DNA of 64,000 nucleotides from a virus (Duplodnaviria; Heunggongvirae; Uroviricota; Caudoviricetes): IMG/VR virus record IMGVR_UViG_2713896905_000004, positions 1 to 64,000 of that record; one strand, 5' to 3'. Shown piece by piece: positions 53,140 to 63,360 of this stretch (position 1 is its first letter; each line of letters starts with the position of its first letter). The notes under the pieces were generated by a model. It saw only the letters and a program-made list of their open reading frames with translations, ran no database searches and was not told where the DNA came from. The position numbers and the translations under genes were made by a program.

Positions 53140-53221
53140 TTGCTGAAAAAATCAAAACATTTACTTTTGACATTATAAATTTTCTCTCGGTGTCGTAGGT
53201 TATAGCACCATAATTGATAAT

Positions 53222-53473
53222 TTAGTGAGTTAGCAGTTCCATTTTTTGGATGATTTCCGCATGAGCATCATCGTTGTCAACACTTAACTCGTTTAATGCC
53301 TCTCGCACTACATCAACTTCTTCTGGTTGGAAGAAGTCATCTCGGTAGTCACCAAATAGAACCGAAACAAGCCTTCCACCAGCAACATCAAGATTGGCGC
53401 TAACAGGTGGCTCTTTACCATCCTCAAATTCGATTACAAAAGTTAATTTCCCCATCGTTACCACCAGCGACAA
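53222..53473 (-). CDS. hypothetical small protein (83 aa)
   Basis: ORF in operon. Confidence 0.4.
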   Translation of the reverse strand: MSLVVTMGKLTFVIEFEDGKEPPVSANLDVAGGRLVSVLFGDYRDDFFQPEEVDVVREALNELSVDNDDAHAEIIQKMELLTH

Positions 53474-53537
53474 ATTGAATACAAACCCAGTGCTGCCGCC
53501 ATCACAATTCCTACCGTTGCGAATGCTTCAGGCCAGC

Positions 53538-54761
53538 TCATTGACCTGCCTCCTGGGGAGGTTCTGGTAGCAGCATCCAGAACAAGGCGTTCCCTAACCA
53601 GGATAAAGTGCCGTCGCTCAACTCCACGTATTCCCCTTGCACCTGTCCTGCCATATACTCACCGTGCTTTGAATAAATTAAAATCCAATCATCTTGAGCG
53701 GGCATTCGCTCACTACAGCTTATCCAACCATCCGGAGTTACCTGAGAATTGCCATTTACCAAGTCAGCTCGAACATATAGCGTGTCATCATGGTGCTGAT
53801 TGTGGCTGCACCACGTTAATTCGCTTAACTCGCCATCTTCTGGCCATACTCCAGCTGTTTGCAGCCAGATATGGGCTGGCGCATCCTGGCAAGGTGTATT
53901 AACTGGAAACTTGTAAGTTTGGCTTACAGGTTGGCTACCCTGAAGCATGGCAGCGTGGCAGGCATACTCAACGCCCTTAACTGCATCTGCGCAGTAGTTA
54001 TAGCGATTGCATTCCACTAATTTCCGTTTGAGTTTTTCAATTGCCTGCGCGACATCAGCCTGTATTACAGGAACTGGCGGAACGGCTGTTTGCTCTCGAA
54101 CGTCATTAGTCGCTATCGGTTCTGCTGCCAACTGACTGGCATATTTGTTAATGGTAACGATAAGCTCTTGCTCAGCCTCATCCAGACAATCACCGATACC
54201 TCGCCTGTCACCGTCAAAATCATCGAAATCGGCACGAATCTTGGCAACCTTCAGGATTGCGGACAACACTTCACTAGGAATTACCGGATAGTTGGTTGAC
54301 GTTTCCGCGATTTCCCGAAAATTATTGGTTGACGAATTCTTATTTTCCCGAAAGTTTCCGGACTGAAGCATGGCGGCGCGGCAGGCGTTCCAGCCTCTAG
54401 CCTCTGCGATTGCCGCAACCGCATCAATCGCGAACATGTTCGAAGCTTTGGGCATCGGTTTTTCCTCCGGCACTATCGGCGCTGGCGGGGCGGTGTAAAG
54501 TGGAATAGCTTCTGTCTTGCACCCATCCCCCTTGCCGGGTGATAGTGGCGCAAGACACACCCGCCACGGGCCAATCTGCACACCGTCAAAAAGACTAGTA
54601 AGCCGCCATTTCCACGCTACAGGCTCCGCTTCGATCGATGCCAGTGCAATCCGTGCCAGTTCTTCCGCTTCTTCTGCTGGCAGTACAACGTTGCTACCCG
54701 GTCCGTATGTTTCGCGCCACTGCTTGATTGTCAGCAGTCGCTCTTTGGTTATAGTGGTCAT
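53538..54761 (-). CDS. DUF551-containing phage protein (407 aa)
   Basis: C-terminal 'GWISCSERMPAQDDWILIYSKHGEY...LSWLGNALFWMLLPEPPQ' fits the DUF551 pattern. Confidence 0.55.
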   Translation of the reverse strand: MTTITKERLLTIKQWRETYGPGSNVVLPAEEAEELARIALASIEAEPVAWKWRLTSLFDGVQIGPWRVCLAPLSPGKGDGCKTEAIPLYTAPPAPIVPEEKPMPKASNMFAIDAVAAIAEARGWNACRAAMLQSGNFRENKNSSTNNFREIAETSTNYPVIPSEVLSAILKVAKIRADFDDFDGDRRGIGDCLDEAEQELIVTINKYASQLAAEPIATNDVREQTAVPPVPVIQADVAQAIEKLKRKLVECNRYNYCADAVKGVEYACHAAMLQGSQPVSQTYKFPVNTPCQDAPAHIWLQTAGVWPEDGELSELTWCSHNQHHDDTLYVRADLVNGNSQVTPDGWISCSERMPAQDDWILIYSKHGEYMAGQVQGEYVELSDGTLSWLGNALFWMLLPEPPQEAGQ

Positions 54762-55039
54762 TTGTTAATCCTCAAAACTTTATGCCCGGGCGCAAAAGCA
54801 CGCGTTTTGTCTTTGCTTATTCGCCAGCCATCCTTGCGCGCCTCTTTTGCACAGCCAGCCCATGACGTACCTATATACTCACCGAAGTCTGGCGACTTAT
54901 ATTTGCCATCTGTACACTGGAGGCAATCACAATAGAGATGCATGGTGTAACTTGCAGCGATAGCCATATCACTCTCCTTTAGTGCGCAAGTGGTTTTTCC
55001 AGCGGTTTTGCGCCGCGCTGGGCTTTTTGCAAAAACCAC
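54758..55039 (-). CDS. small Cys-containing protein (93 aa)
   Basis: 'CALKESD...CDCLQCTDGKYKSPDFGEYIGTSWAGC'; overlaps upstream gene. Confidence 0.4.
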   Translation of the reverse strand: MVFAKSPARRKTAGKTTCALKESDMAIAASYTMHLYCDCLQCTDGKYKSPDFGEYIGTSWAGCAKEARKDGWRISKDKTRAFAPGHKVLRINK

Positions 55040-55502
55040 AATCCATCATCCCGTAATATTTCATCAACCCCATCCGTCGGTTGCTGAGTCTCACCCACTG
55101 CCAGACGCCAGGAGCGTTTCTACGAACTAACAGAATCTTTGCTTTACGGTTTTTCATCTTACAGCGTACCCTTTCTTCCGCCTGTTCTGTGACGCAGTAG
55201 GCTTACGCTTTGCGGCAAAAGCCACCTGACCAAATGGATGGAGTACCGCTATCTTATGGTTGCTAATAACCAGCTCCACCACACGCACAGGTCGCTGTAA
55301 AAAAAGTCGTTTTGCCTTACGGTTTTTCATCGCTTTGCTCTCCTGCGTCTCTTTGCTGCTCGTCGTGCCGCTGCAATACCGGTATGGCGGCGCTTTGGTG
55401 CCGGGATGATGTTGTCAGCCATCAGGACATACGGCTTTGCAATTAGCGCAGAAGCCCAAAAACGAGTCGGGTACGGTAACAAGCCGATACATGCCACACG
55501 CA

Positions 55503-56261
55503 TTACTCACCTCCTTTGATGCGAATGCCTGCGGCGCGGATTGCATCGATGACTTCAGAAACTTTGTATGCCATTACCGTTTGGTAATCATCGTGAAAAT
55601 CTGTTCGATGAAGCATGCTGCTACGTTCCGGGAGCGATATTTCCCGAGCATCCAGTTCCTTAACGCGTTCCTCCAGTTCGTAGACCCTGCATTGTTCTCT
55701 ATCATCAATCAGATATAACCCAAGACATTCGCTTTCTACCCAACCGCCAAAATCATGATCGTAACGCTCACATGAAAACTCACCGTCACCGTCCTTTGTT
55801 GGAATGGTGTAACTATCTAATGGGCCACCATATGTCGGCACATTTCCCAATGTTGGATGCTCAATCCACATGAAAAATGCACGTCCGGTTATTGGGCAAA
55901 TATCTGGCCGCCATTGGTTACGAACAGCCTTGGTTTCGGATAATTCTTCAGCGTGTTGTTTTACTTCCTCAAGCTCAACTCTCAGCTTCCCTACCGTTAG
56001 CGCAATATCCTCGTTCTCCTGGTCGCGGCATTTTATGTATTGCTGGTTTCTTTCCCGTTCATCCAGTAGTGCCAGCACGGTTTCTGGTCCGGTCAGAAAT
56101 TTGAAGGCGTTGAGCGCATCAATATCCACACCGTAATCCTTAAGTTCCTGTTCAGTTAACAAATCATCATCAACTGGCAACATTAACAGGTGTTCCATTG
56201 CCGGAATTGCACGCTCTGCCGCCTCACGCAGTGCCTGATAGTCAATTGTCATTCTCGCCAT
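55503..56261 (-). CDS. Ea22-like/ead-family phage accessory protein (252 aa)
   Basis: N-terminus 'MTIDYQALREAAERAIPAMEHL' resembles the conserved start of Ea22-like proteins. Confidence 0.45.
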   Translation of the reverse strand: MARMTIDYQALREAAERAIPAMEHLLMLPVDDDLLTEQELKDYGVDIDALNAFKFLTGPETVLALLDERERNQQYIKCRDQENEDIALTVGKLRVELEEVKQHAEELSETKAVRNQWRPDICPITGRAFFMWIEHPTLGNVPTYGGPLDSYTIPTKDGDGEFSCERYDHDFGGWVESECLGLYLIDDREQCRVYELEERVKELDAREISLPERSSMLHRTDFHDDYQTVMAYKVSEVIDAIRAAGIRIKGGE

Positions 56262-56893
56262 CCTTCACAGTTGTAATCACTACAGCCTTCAAAATCATAT
56301 GGGCTGTACTGCCAGGTTATTTTTCCGCAATGCGGACAATTCCAACGCACCTTCCCGCTTCGCGACTTCTTTCTTCTGTTCTGCTCTTTCAACCAGTCAG
56401 GCATGACCAAACCTGCGCCCTGAACCATTGTTCTGCGGTTAAAGTTATTGATATTGAACGTCCGACGCTTTGCTGCATCAGCAATGGAAAATGGCAACCA
56501 AACTATTCCTGGTTCGTTTTTGTTGGCGACGCTAAAGATGGTCGCTTTACTGAAGTCATCTGTTGGCAATCCACCGTGTTGAAGCCAGTAAACATCGTTG
56601 CCGTTCCAGCTACCTTTTTTGTAGGCCACATACGCAGTGCAATCTGACTCAATCAGGCTTTCTGTGGGGATGTACTGGCAATCAACGTGCCACACAGCCA
56701 TTGCATCCACGCTATCAGCGCAAACAGGCTGATCGATATCTCGTCCACAATTCCAGGCTTTTTGGGCTTCTTCCAGCGTGTAAACATGAGCGCGATCGAT
56801 ATCAGAACTGTAACCATTGCCGTTATGGCAATGGAATGAGGCGTTATTACCCACAGTTTCACGCAAGCACATCATGTAAAAGCGGTTATTCAC
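56249..56893 (-). CDS. hypothetical protein with C-terminal zinc finger (214 aa)
   Basis: 'RWNCPHCGKITWQYSPYDFEGCSDYNCEGW'. Confidence 0.5.
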   Translation of the reverse strand: MNNRFYMMCLRETVGNNASFHCHNGNGYSSDIDRAHVYTLEEAQKAWNCGRDIDQPVCADSVDAMAVWHVDCQYIPTESLIESDCTAYVAYKKGSWNGNDVYWLQHGGLPTDDFSKATIFSVANKNEPGIVWLPFSIADAAKRRTFNINNFNRRTMVQGAGLVMPDWLKEQNRRKKSRSGKVRWNCPHCGKITWQYSPYDFEGCSDYNCEGWRE

Positions 56894-57170
56894 TGGTTGC
56901 CTCCGCTTCCCACGTTTTCAGACTTTCACCACAGAACGGGCAAAATGAAACTCGAATAGGCGATTTAGAAAATTCACCAGACCGCAGCATGATCAGGTCT
57001 TGTGAATGAATTAATTCATGGTTATAGATTTTGTATTTCAGCAGACCTTTTCGCGTCGTGTATTCAGCGTCATGCTCCAGGGATTGTGCCAACGCCGCGC
57101 ACGGTTCTATCTTGTTGCCATTAATTTGGCATTTTGACTCACTCACTGGTTGCCCCCTGAATACGCTCAA
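56886..57170 (-). CDS. small zinc-ribbon protein (94 aa)
   Basis: 'CQINGNKIEPC...FCPFCGESL'. Confidence 0.4.
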   Translation of the reverse strand: MSVFRGQPVSESKCQINGNKIEPCAALAQSLEHDAEYTTRKGLLKYKIYNHELIHSQDLIMLRSGEFSKSPIRVSFCPFCGESLKTWEAEATSE

Positions 57171-57720
57171 ACTCTATTACCCACACCCAAGGATTAGCGT
57201 TCCAACTATCTTCGCCATAAATTGATTTCCATAGGCTACGGAAACCTGGGTAATGCTTATCGCCAATGAGGGGCGATTCTGTTGGTGCGCCCTCAGCCCT
57301 TGCATCGCATTCGCTGATATCGTTCAACCGCTCAACGCGCACGTTGGTAATTTCCAGAAGAATGCGCGATGCCCAGCGCGGCATGTGAATTGATGGCGTC
57401 CACTTTTCTGATACTGGTTTATTACAAACCTCGACCGGAACCCGGTGCGTTTGTTCTGTCCAGGAGTTACGCACGCTTGCGCGATAAACCAGCGTTGCGA
57501 CGTCCGTCGCTTTGCCATGTACCCGGTAGGTTTCGCGAACCCAAATACGATCGCCCGGTTGACCATATGGACAATGCTTGGCAAGCAACTCTGCGGCCAC
57601 TGCCCGTCCATAGAATTTTTCTTCAACAATCCTGCGAGTCTGTTTTTTATTCCCGCCAAGAATTGCCCGGACCATCTCATCGTTAAAAATCATGCCGCGC
57701 TCTTTCACTTCGCCTTTCAT
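57139..57720 (-). CDS. ASCH-domain-like protein (193 aa)
   Basis: N-terminal 'MIFNDEMVRAILGGNKKQTRRIV' and 'GDRIWVRETYRV' fit the ASCH/PUA-like pattern. Confidence 0.5.
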   Translation of the reverse strand: MKGEVKERGMIFNDEMVRAILGGNKKQTRRIVEEKFYGRAVAAELLAKHCPYGQPGDRIWVRETYRVHGKATDVATLVYRASVRNSWTEQTHRVPVEVCNKPVSEKWTPSIHMPRWASRILLEITNVRVERLNDISECDARAEGAPTESPLIGDKHYPGFRSLWKSIYGEDSWNANPWVWVIEFERIQGATSE

Positions 57721-57898
57721 GCATCCCCCTTACCCATGTGCGACGATGCCGCCAAAAGTGATAGAGAACAGCCAGAAATAGATCGCGGCCATAATGATTT
57801 TGAATGCCGTGTTCATATTTTCAGCTCCTGTGATTGATTGGATACATGCCGCGCCTTGCGGCATGTTTTTATTTTCACTTTCTCTGTTTTAAAAATCA

Positions 57899-57915
57899 AT
57901 ATTTATTAGAGCAAT
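57899..57915. promoter_or_regulatory. C1 operator-like site
   Basis: 'atatttattagagcaat' = reverse complement ATTGCTCTAATAAATAT (16/17). Confidence 0.6.
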
Positions 57916-58421
57916 TATTGCTGATGGAGAAGCGCGTTTTCATACTCCCTGACCATTAACGTAAGCACGCCGTGCCTCCTGAAAACACGCGCCACTTCAA
58001 TCTTATCTTCCAGCGCGAACGCGATTTTACTTAGACCAATTTTCTTAAGGAGATCAATCTTTGCTGGGCCGTCATTTCTGTCATCGGTGGCAGGACGCAT
58101 AGATAGCAAAGGCTCAGCCCCGTTTGTTACGTACTTCCGCAGCCAGGCTAGTGTTTTATCCCTTGCGATCTCACAGCGCCCGGTTACAAACCAGACCGTG
58201 TAAACGTTAAATAACTGGCGCACCATATCAATAACTGGAGTGATGGGAGTATCGGTGTCACAGGCGAGATTAAACTCGTTCCAGTCCTTTGTTAATGCAC
58301 CTTTACCTGGTGGCGGAAGCAAATGCAGTCTGTCTTCAGTTGCCTCTGATATTGTTCCATCAATATCAACTATGACGATATACGGACGTTCCTGGTGTGC
58401 GTGTTTATTGAAAATACTCAA
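57915..58421 (-). CDS. pap: HAD-superfamily phosphatase (polynucleotide kinase-3'-phosphatase-like)
   Basis: HAD motif I 'IVIVDIDGTISE' (DxDGT) and downstream 'FVTGR'. Confidence 0.7.
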   Translation of the reverse strand: MSIFNKHAHQERPYIVIVDIDGTISEATEDRLHLLPPPGKGALTKDWNEFNLACDTDTPITPVIDMVRQLFNVYTVWFVTGRCEIARDKTLAWLRKYVTNGAEPLLSMRPATDDRNDGPAKIDLLKKIGLSKIAFALEDKIEVARVFRRHGVLTLMVREYENALLHQQ

Positions 58422-58493
58422 ATGCCCTCCTCATTGGACGAAAAAAATGCTGGTGGGCGCACTCCACCAGCATTAAAAGTGACACTGTAACTG

Positions 58494-59756
58494 TCAGCGA
58501 ACGTAAATAGTGCCGCCGTTCTCTTTTTCCCATGCATCGCTACGTGCATAGCAAACATCGAGAAGTCTTCTTGCCGCTGTTTCCTCTAAACCCAATTCGA
58601 CAACCAACTGCTCATGACGGCGGGTAACCACATCAAACAGGGTATGCAGCCCTTTAGCTGCCAGATCATCAATAAATTCCGGTTCGAACGGCAGCTCTGC
58701 ATCTGCCAACATAACCTCTTGCGCCCACTCGACACGGCGGACCAGTTCCGGGCGGCGGCTTTCCATCTCTTTACAGATCAATTCATGGAAGAACTCTACC
58801 CAACCTTCCGGCTGGAACTCGCGGAAAATGGCCAGCGGCTGGAAGTTTGGCATCAACCATTCGTTGATTCGGATATCAATGGCATAGCCCATGTCGCAGC
58901 AGAACTGATAAGCAAAGTCCAGCTTAGAAACGATATAAGGACGCTCGTTATTGAACTCTTTAGGCGATGAGATCCCATAAGCCAGGAGGCGCGGGAAGAA
59001 GGAGATTTGCCCTAACGTCGGATGAAGTTTGCTTGCAGGGAAACGGCGCTCAGTAATGCCATACATTTCCTTCTTGAGCGTCGCAAATTTGGCATTCTCA
59101 TTAACCAGCGCGGTAACCTCTGCTTTTTTATTAGCAAATGCCACGCGCGCTTCGCTTGCATCTTTAATAGTTTTTTTGAGCTGTTGGTTAAGGTCGGCGA
59201 CCTGCTTACGCAGTTCCTGTCGCTCGCTTTTAGCTTTGTTATAGCGTTTCTCAAGGTTAAAAGGATCAAGTTTCATGATCTCTTTATATTGAGATTTTAG
59301 CGTTGAAATCTGTGAGTTCCGCAGTTCAACCATCGCGGTCATTTCATTGAGTTTTGTTTCCAGCTCAATGCTTATACGTTCGGCATTATCAGCACGCTGG
59401 TTGGCGTCATGCGTCGCATCGTCGATCGCGTCCTGTTGCTGGCGTTTCAAATGTTCAATTTGTAGCTGAAGCTCTTCAATTTCTTTACCCTTCAGACCGA
59501 GATCCAACTGCATATTTTCAGCTGCATCTACCAGGGAGTTATGGCTATCAGCTTCTGCGTTATAAACATCAATAAGCTGTGCGTGAAGCATCTCCGCTGA
59601 CTGAACCGCATTATCAAAAAAACGCGCTGTGAGGTCATCACAACTAACGCGGCGTTGCGCGGCCCGGATGTTCTGGATAATGGCCGGGATACCAGCATTC
59701 AGGACGTCAGGGATAGATACATTTTCGATTGATTGGTTTTGTGCTGAAGTGCTCAT
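58494..59756 (-). CDS. coiled-coil protein (420 aa)
   Basis: Long heptad-rich central region; first large gene of a C1-operator-controlled operon. Confidence 0.5.
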   Translation of the reverse strand: MSTSAQNQSIENVSIPDVLNAGIPAIIQNIRAAQRRVSCDDLTARFFDNAVQSAEMLHAQLIDVYNAEADSHNSLVDAAENMQLDLGLKGKEIEELQLQIEHLKRQQQDAIDDATHDANQRADNAERISIELETKLNEMTAMVELRNSQISTLKSQYKEIMKLDPFNLEKRYNKAKSERQELRKQVADLNQQLKKTIKDASEARVAFANKKAEVTALVNENAKFATLKKEMYGITERRFPASKLHPTLGQISFFPRLLAYGISSPKEFNNERPYIVSKLDFAYQFCCDMGYAIDIRINEWLMPNFQPLAIFREFQPEGWVEFFHELICKEMESRRPELVRRVEWAQEVMLADAELPFEPEFIDDLAAKGLHTLFDVVTRRHEQLVVELGLEETAARRLLDVCYARSDAWEKENGGTIYVR

Positions 59757-59757
59757 T

Positions 59758-59976
59758 TCAAAGTTCCGTATTAGCTTGTGCTTCGGTCATTTTTCCTAAG
59801 TATGAAGGAGGAAGGACTACGCAATTTGTATCCAGTCCCTCACCTATGGCAGCCTGTAAAATTCTGGCTAAGGTGAGTCTCTTGTTGCGATACCTGGTGA
59901 TGACATGCCTGATACCGCCGGTCGGCGTAACAAAGGCGATCAGCCAGTAGTGATATTTCCGTCGGAATGGCCACAT
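59758..59976 (-). CDS. small protein (72 aa)
   Basis: ORF immediately downstream of the operators at 59991/60040. Confidence 0.4.
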   Translation of the reverse strand: MWPFRRKYHYWLIAFVTPTGGIRHVITRYRNKRLTLARILQAAIGEGLDTNCVVLPPSYLGKMTEAQANTEL

Positions 59977-59990
59977 AGTGCACCTTGTAG

Positions 59991-60007
59991 ATTGCTCTAA
60001 TAAAAAA
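59991..60007. promoter_or_regulatory. C1 operator
   Basis: 'attgctctaataaaaaa' direct-orientation consensus core. Confidence 0.65.
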
Positions 60008-60027
60008 CGTGATGAGTGTACATCACG
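60008..60027. terminator. terminator hairpin CGTGATG-AGTGTA-CATCACG flanked by A/T runs
   Basis: Inverted repeat between two operators, downstream of the 60058 gene stop. Confidence 0.45.
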
Positions 60028-60039
60028 TTTTAAAAATAT

Positions 60040-60056
60040 GGAATTATTAGAGCAAT
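60040..60056. promoter_or_regulatory. C1 operator
   Basis: 'ggaattattagagcaat' = reverse complement ATTGCTCTAATAATTCC. Confidence 0.6.
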
Positions 60057-60057
60057 C

Positions 60058-60759
60058 TTATTCTGATTCTCGCTCAAAAAATGAGCTGATAAGGGGAAGC
60101 CAATCCTCTGACACTTCGCGAGGTCGCGGTTTGCCGTGGAAAAAGATTATTCGGCAGTCTTTTGGTAATGCCCCATTCCCCCTGGAGTAACGCGCGCTCG
60201 CATATTTTGAACCAGGTTCCACAACATCGGCCTTGTAACTTACAAACCATCCTGGATACAGATCCTGAAATGCTGGTGTATCATCGCCCATAACCTTTCG
60301 TAAGAACCCCTGGTCACCCCAGCACTCAGTAGTGACACAACGAGAAATCCAACCTTCCGGATCTTGCCAGAATGAACTCCAGATATGCGCTTTAACACTA
60401 TTTGGTATCCACAGGGCACCGCTGCCACGATATTGTGGATGGTAAAAATCCCTAAGCATGGTGAAGCTGGTTGGTGGATGCTCTAGGATTGGGCGTATAT
60501 CACCGGCAATAACCGTGTCCAAATCCAGATAGAACAGATCATCGGTTATATCCGGTCGGAACAACTCGATTTTCGCCCACCAGCCACGGCACTTTTGCCA
60601 CTGGTTGATCAATGGGACAACTTTGACGCCAGGTACATGTAAACGCTTCAGGTCTGTCAGGCAAATAATTTCATAGCCTTTTGGCAGTTGATTAACCAGC
60701 CACTGCACATCGGAAGCGTTATAGTCACCACCAGAGCGAAAAACTAAAGCAATCTTCAT
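60058..60759 (-). CDS. GT-A-like nucleotide-sugar transferase with DxD motif (233 aa)
   Basis: '[19 protein letters not shown]' (DxD) in a Rossmann-like N-terminal half. Confidence 0.55.
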   Translation of the reverse strand: MKIALVFRSGGDYNASDVQWLVNQLPKGYEIICLTDLKRLHVPGVKVVPLINQWQKCRGWWAKIELFRPDITDDLFYLDLDTVIAGDIRPILEHPPTSFTMLRDFYHPQYRGSGALWIPNSVKAHIWSSFWQDPEGWISRCVTTECWGDQGFLRKVMGDDTPAFQDLYPGWFVSYKADVVEPGSKYASARYSRGNGALPKDCRIIFFHGKPRPREVSEDWLPLISSFFERESE

Positions 60760-61448
60760 GCTGCACCATCACCTTTCACTTTCATCAATGTCAGGTTTCC
60801 GCAAAATACGGCACCAGTGTCGATATACTGCTGATTCCAGAATGTCTTCGGGCTTTTCACCGGAGTGTGACCAAAGATAAAACGATCTGCGCCCGAAATT
60901 TCGCCACCAATATCATCCATCGAATCACTGATACGCTCGCGCGCCCAGACAACGTTGAAAAGCGGCACCTCCTTACCGAATTGGTATTCATTATCCGGAT
61001 AGTCGGCATGGGCTATAACGATAGTTTCTTGCCCCGTGTTCAACTCAATGATATAGGGCAGACGCTTTACCAGCTCCACCAGCGCCCAGGCTAATATTTC
61101 CTGATCAGTGTCCAGCATGAAGAACCATTGTCCGCCATTCATTAGCCAGTTATTCACGTTGCCATCTGGACTTAACGCATCAATCATCAGCCGCTCATGG
61201 TTCCCCATCACTGCCCTGAACCAGGGCATCTGCAATAGTTCCAGACATTCGACATTTTCAGTACCGCGATCGATAAGGTCGCCGACCGATATCAGTAAAT
61301 CCTGCGCCGGGTCAAAATCCACACGATGGAGTTCGGACATCAGTCTGGTGTAGCAACCATGCAGATCACCAACAACCCAGACATTCCTGTATTTGGTACC
61401 GTCGATACGGTGATAAATTGTGGGTGCCATCATGTATTCTTCAGCCAT
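60756..61448 (-). CDS. Ser/Thr protein phosphatase, lambda-PPase/calcineurin-like metallophosphoesterase
   Basis: 'VVGDLHGCY', 'GDLIDRG', 'GNHE' metallophosphatase motifs. Confidence 0.85.
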   Translation of the reverse strand: MAEEYMMAPTIYHRIDGTKYRNVWVVGDLHGCYTRLMSELHRVDFDPAQDLLISVGDLIDRGTENVECLELLQMPWFRAVMGNHERLMIDALSPDGNVNNWLMNGGQWFFMLDTDQEILAWALVELVKRLPYIIELNTGQETIVIAHADYPDNEYQFGKEVPLFNVVWARERISDSMDDIGGEISGADRFIFGHTPVKSPKTFWNQQYIDTGAVFCGNLTLMKVKGDGAA

Positions 61449-62056
61449 TCTTTAAGAGTCATCTGCGGAATACCTCCCATTTTCCCGCATGAAACAACGT
61501 CAATCTGTTCACGCGCAGACTGGAATAACAAAGGCAGGTGACTTAGATTTTTTGGCGTGCCGCCGGAGTGAACGCGTAGTTCTTGCGTAGCGTCAACGCC
61601 CACCAGAGCTACATGTTTGAATCCGATATGGAAAGCCAGGTTCAGAGCACCATATGCACTATTGCCGCTGGCAATTTCATTCTCATCTTCGCAAAGGCCG
61701 AAATGTGCGGACCAGCGCCACGCCCACCACTCGGGAGAATTCGTATTTTTTGGCTCCATGCCGCGTTCAGCCACACGACGGAAGCACAGAACGCCATCTC
61801 TGACTTCACGTTCTTTAACATCGGGTAGTGCCATGCAATAACAAACACCACGGCGACGGCGGCCACGACCAACGCGCCGCATATTGTCTGGCGATGGATC
61901 AAGTGTGAAAAAATAAGAAGCGCGGTTCAGCCAGTCGATGGCCCCATTGACCGCTATAATCGGCACTCCGCGCGGCGCAACAAAGTTTGCGGCGCTTGGG
62001 CCACTGCCGACGATAATAACGCGATCACTGCCTCTAAATTTATTCTTGGGAAACAT
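61430..62056 (-). CDS. Rossmann-like GxGPS protein, DUF115/GT42 (sialyltransferase-like) fold candidate, paralogue 1
   Basis: '[14 protein letters not shown]...[12 protein letters not shown]' and '[26 protein letters not shown]' resemble the Cst-II/MptE-like pattern. Confidence 0.55.
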   Translation of the reverse strand: MFPKNKFRGSDRVIIVGSGPSAANFVAPRGVPIIAVNGAIDWLNRASYFFTLDPSPDNMRRVGRGRRRRGVCYCMALPDVKEREVRDGVLCFRRVAERGMEPKNTNSPEWWAWRWSAHFGLCEDENEIASGNSAYGALNLAFHIGFKHVALVGVDATQELRVHSGGTPKNLSHLPLLFQSAREQIDVVSCGKMGGIPQMTLKEWLKNT

Positions 62057-62616
62057 TGAATTGCACTGCTCCTACTTGCATTCAAAATATGTAAATCTGC
62101 GTGTTTTTTGCGGGTATCCAGGAACTGCTGTTGCCATTTTGAAATAGACACCTGCGTTGGATTCCGTAGTGCTTGAGGGTGCGCGCCATGCCAATGAAGG
62201 CCGTTTTGCAGAGAACAGTCATAGCCGACTAATACCACTACTTCAGCCCCTGATTCAGCAGCCAGACTGATAGCCTGCGCGCCGCTATTTACCCCTTCCG
62301 CCGGTCCACAATATCTCCTGTACTCCAACGAAAATGATTTCGCCGCCGCCAGGTTGGCTGTCACTTTGCGGAATCTCCCTCCCGGTATGGTGGATCCGTA
62401 TTGCTTCCACCATGACAAATCACCGGCGTATAAGGCATAAATGTCATCGAACATCTGCCAGGAATTGTTAACCGCGATGATTGAACAGCCAGTTTTTTCT
62501 ATAGCAGCACAGTCCTCACGAGTGAGTGACGGTCCGCTACCGACACAAAAAACAGTCCTAGTCGCCCTGGGTGGTATGTTCATTCTCAGCTGCAAATTCA
62601 GCCTCCAGGCGAGCAT
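61954..62616 (-). CDS. Rossmann-like GxGPS protein, paralogue 2 (likely start near 62580)
   Basis: 'TVFCVGSGPSLTRED...CSIIAVNNSWQMF' and 'NSGAQAISLAAESGAEVVVLVGYD'; overlaps paralogue 1 by ~100 nt. Confidence 0.5.
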   Translation of the reverse strand: MLAWRLNLQLRMNIPPRATRTVFCVGSGPSLTREDCAAIEKTGCSIIAVNNSWQMFDDIYALYAGDLSWWKQYGSTIPGGRFRKVTANLAAAKSFSLEYRRYCGPAEGVNSGAQAISLAAESGAEVVVLVGYDCSLQNGLHWHGAHPQALRNPTQVSISKWQQQFLDTRKKHADLHILNASRSSAIQCFPRINLEAVIALLSSAVAQAPQTLLRRAECRL

Positions 62617-62779
62617 TCATTTCAGCGATTACAGGGTCCACTACAGCATCTGTTTCCTGTTCATTACGCGGCATGATCGATGCCAGCGATTCATAATTAG
62701 CCTTGGATGACACGACTATTCTCCCGATGTTAATGTGCGCTATATCAAATGGCGCATATGTACTAATTAATTTATTATT

Positions 62780-63358
62780 TTAAGCAGCATACAACCACTT
62801 GTCGCCGTTCAATACATGCTCAATAGCCTCACCCTTTTTAAGGCTTATGTATTCCAGGATGGCGGTTATCGCTTGTTCTGCACCATACGCAAGAACGACG
62901 TAGTAACCTTCCTCTCTAAGCCTGCGCATCCAGGCGATCTGCTCTTTCGTCGGGGCTTTACCATTTGGTTCTTTAAGCTCAATTCGCATGCCGTGATAAA
63001 TACCGCATGCTTTATCGAGACTCATGTCCGGATAACCTTTTTTCTGCCCTTCAGCTTTCATTTTCCCGGCGGTTGCTTTTGAACGTTTCCCTCCGTTAGG
63101 CGTTGCATGCAACAGCTCATAGATGTCAGGGTGCTTGCGTTCGAAGTAATCAAAAATGAAAACCTGCTCGAAGTGCTCGCAATTTCCGTCGCGCAGGTCT
63201 GGGTTCTTTGCCAGTGCTGCAAGTGCCTTCGCATGTGGAGAAACTTCTTTTACCGGCGCAAGCGATAAGAATGGATCCTTTTTGGTTTTTGGCCTGGACC
63301 GCCCCTTATTTCTACGCTCACTAAAAGCCTGAAACTCTTCCTCAGTAAAGCGCAACAT
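62780..63358 (-). CDS. VRR-NUC domain nuclease (PD-(D/E)xK superfamily)
   Basis: 'GYPDMSL...YHGMRIELKEPNGKAPTKEQIAWMRRLREEGYYVVLAYGAEQA' fits the VRR-NUC pattern. Confidence 0.7.
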   Translation of the reverse strand: MLRFTEEEFQAFSERRNKGRSRPKTKKDPFLSLAPVKEVSPHAKALAALAKNPDLRDGNCEHFEQVFIFDYFERKHPDIYELLHATPNGGKRSKATAGKMKAEGQKKGYPDMSLDKACGIYHGMRIELKEPNGKAPTKEQIAWMRRLREEGYYVVLAYGAEQAITAILEYISLKKGEAIEHVLNGDKWLYAA

Positions 63359-63360
63359 AA

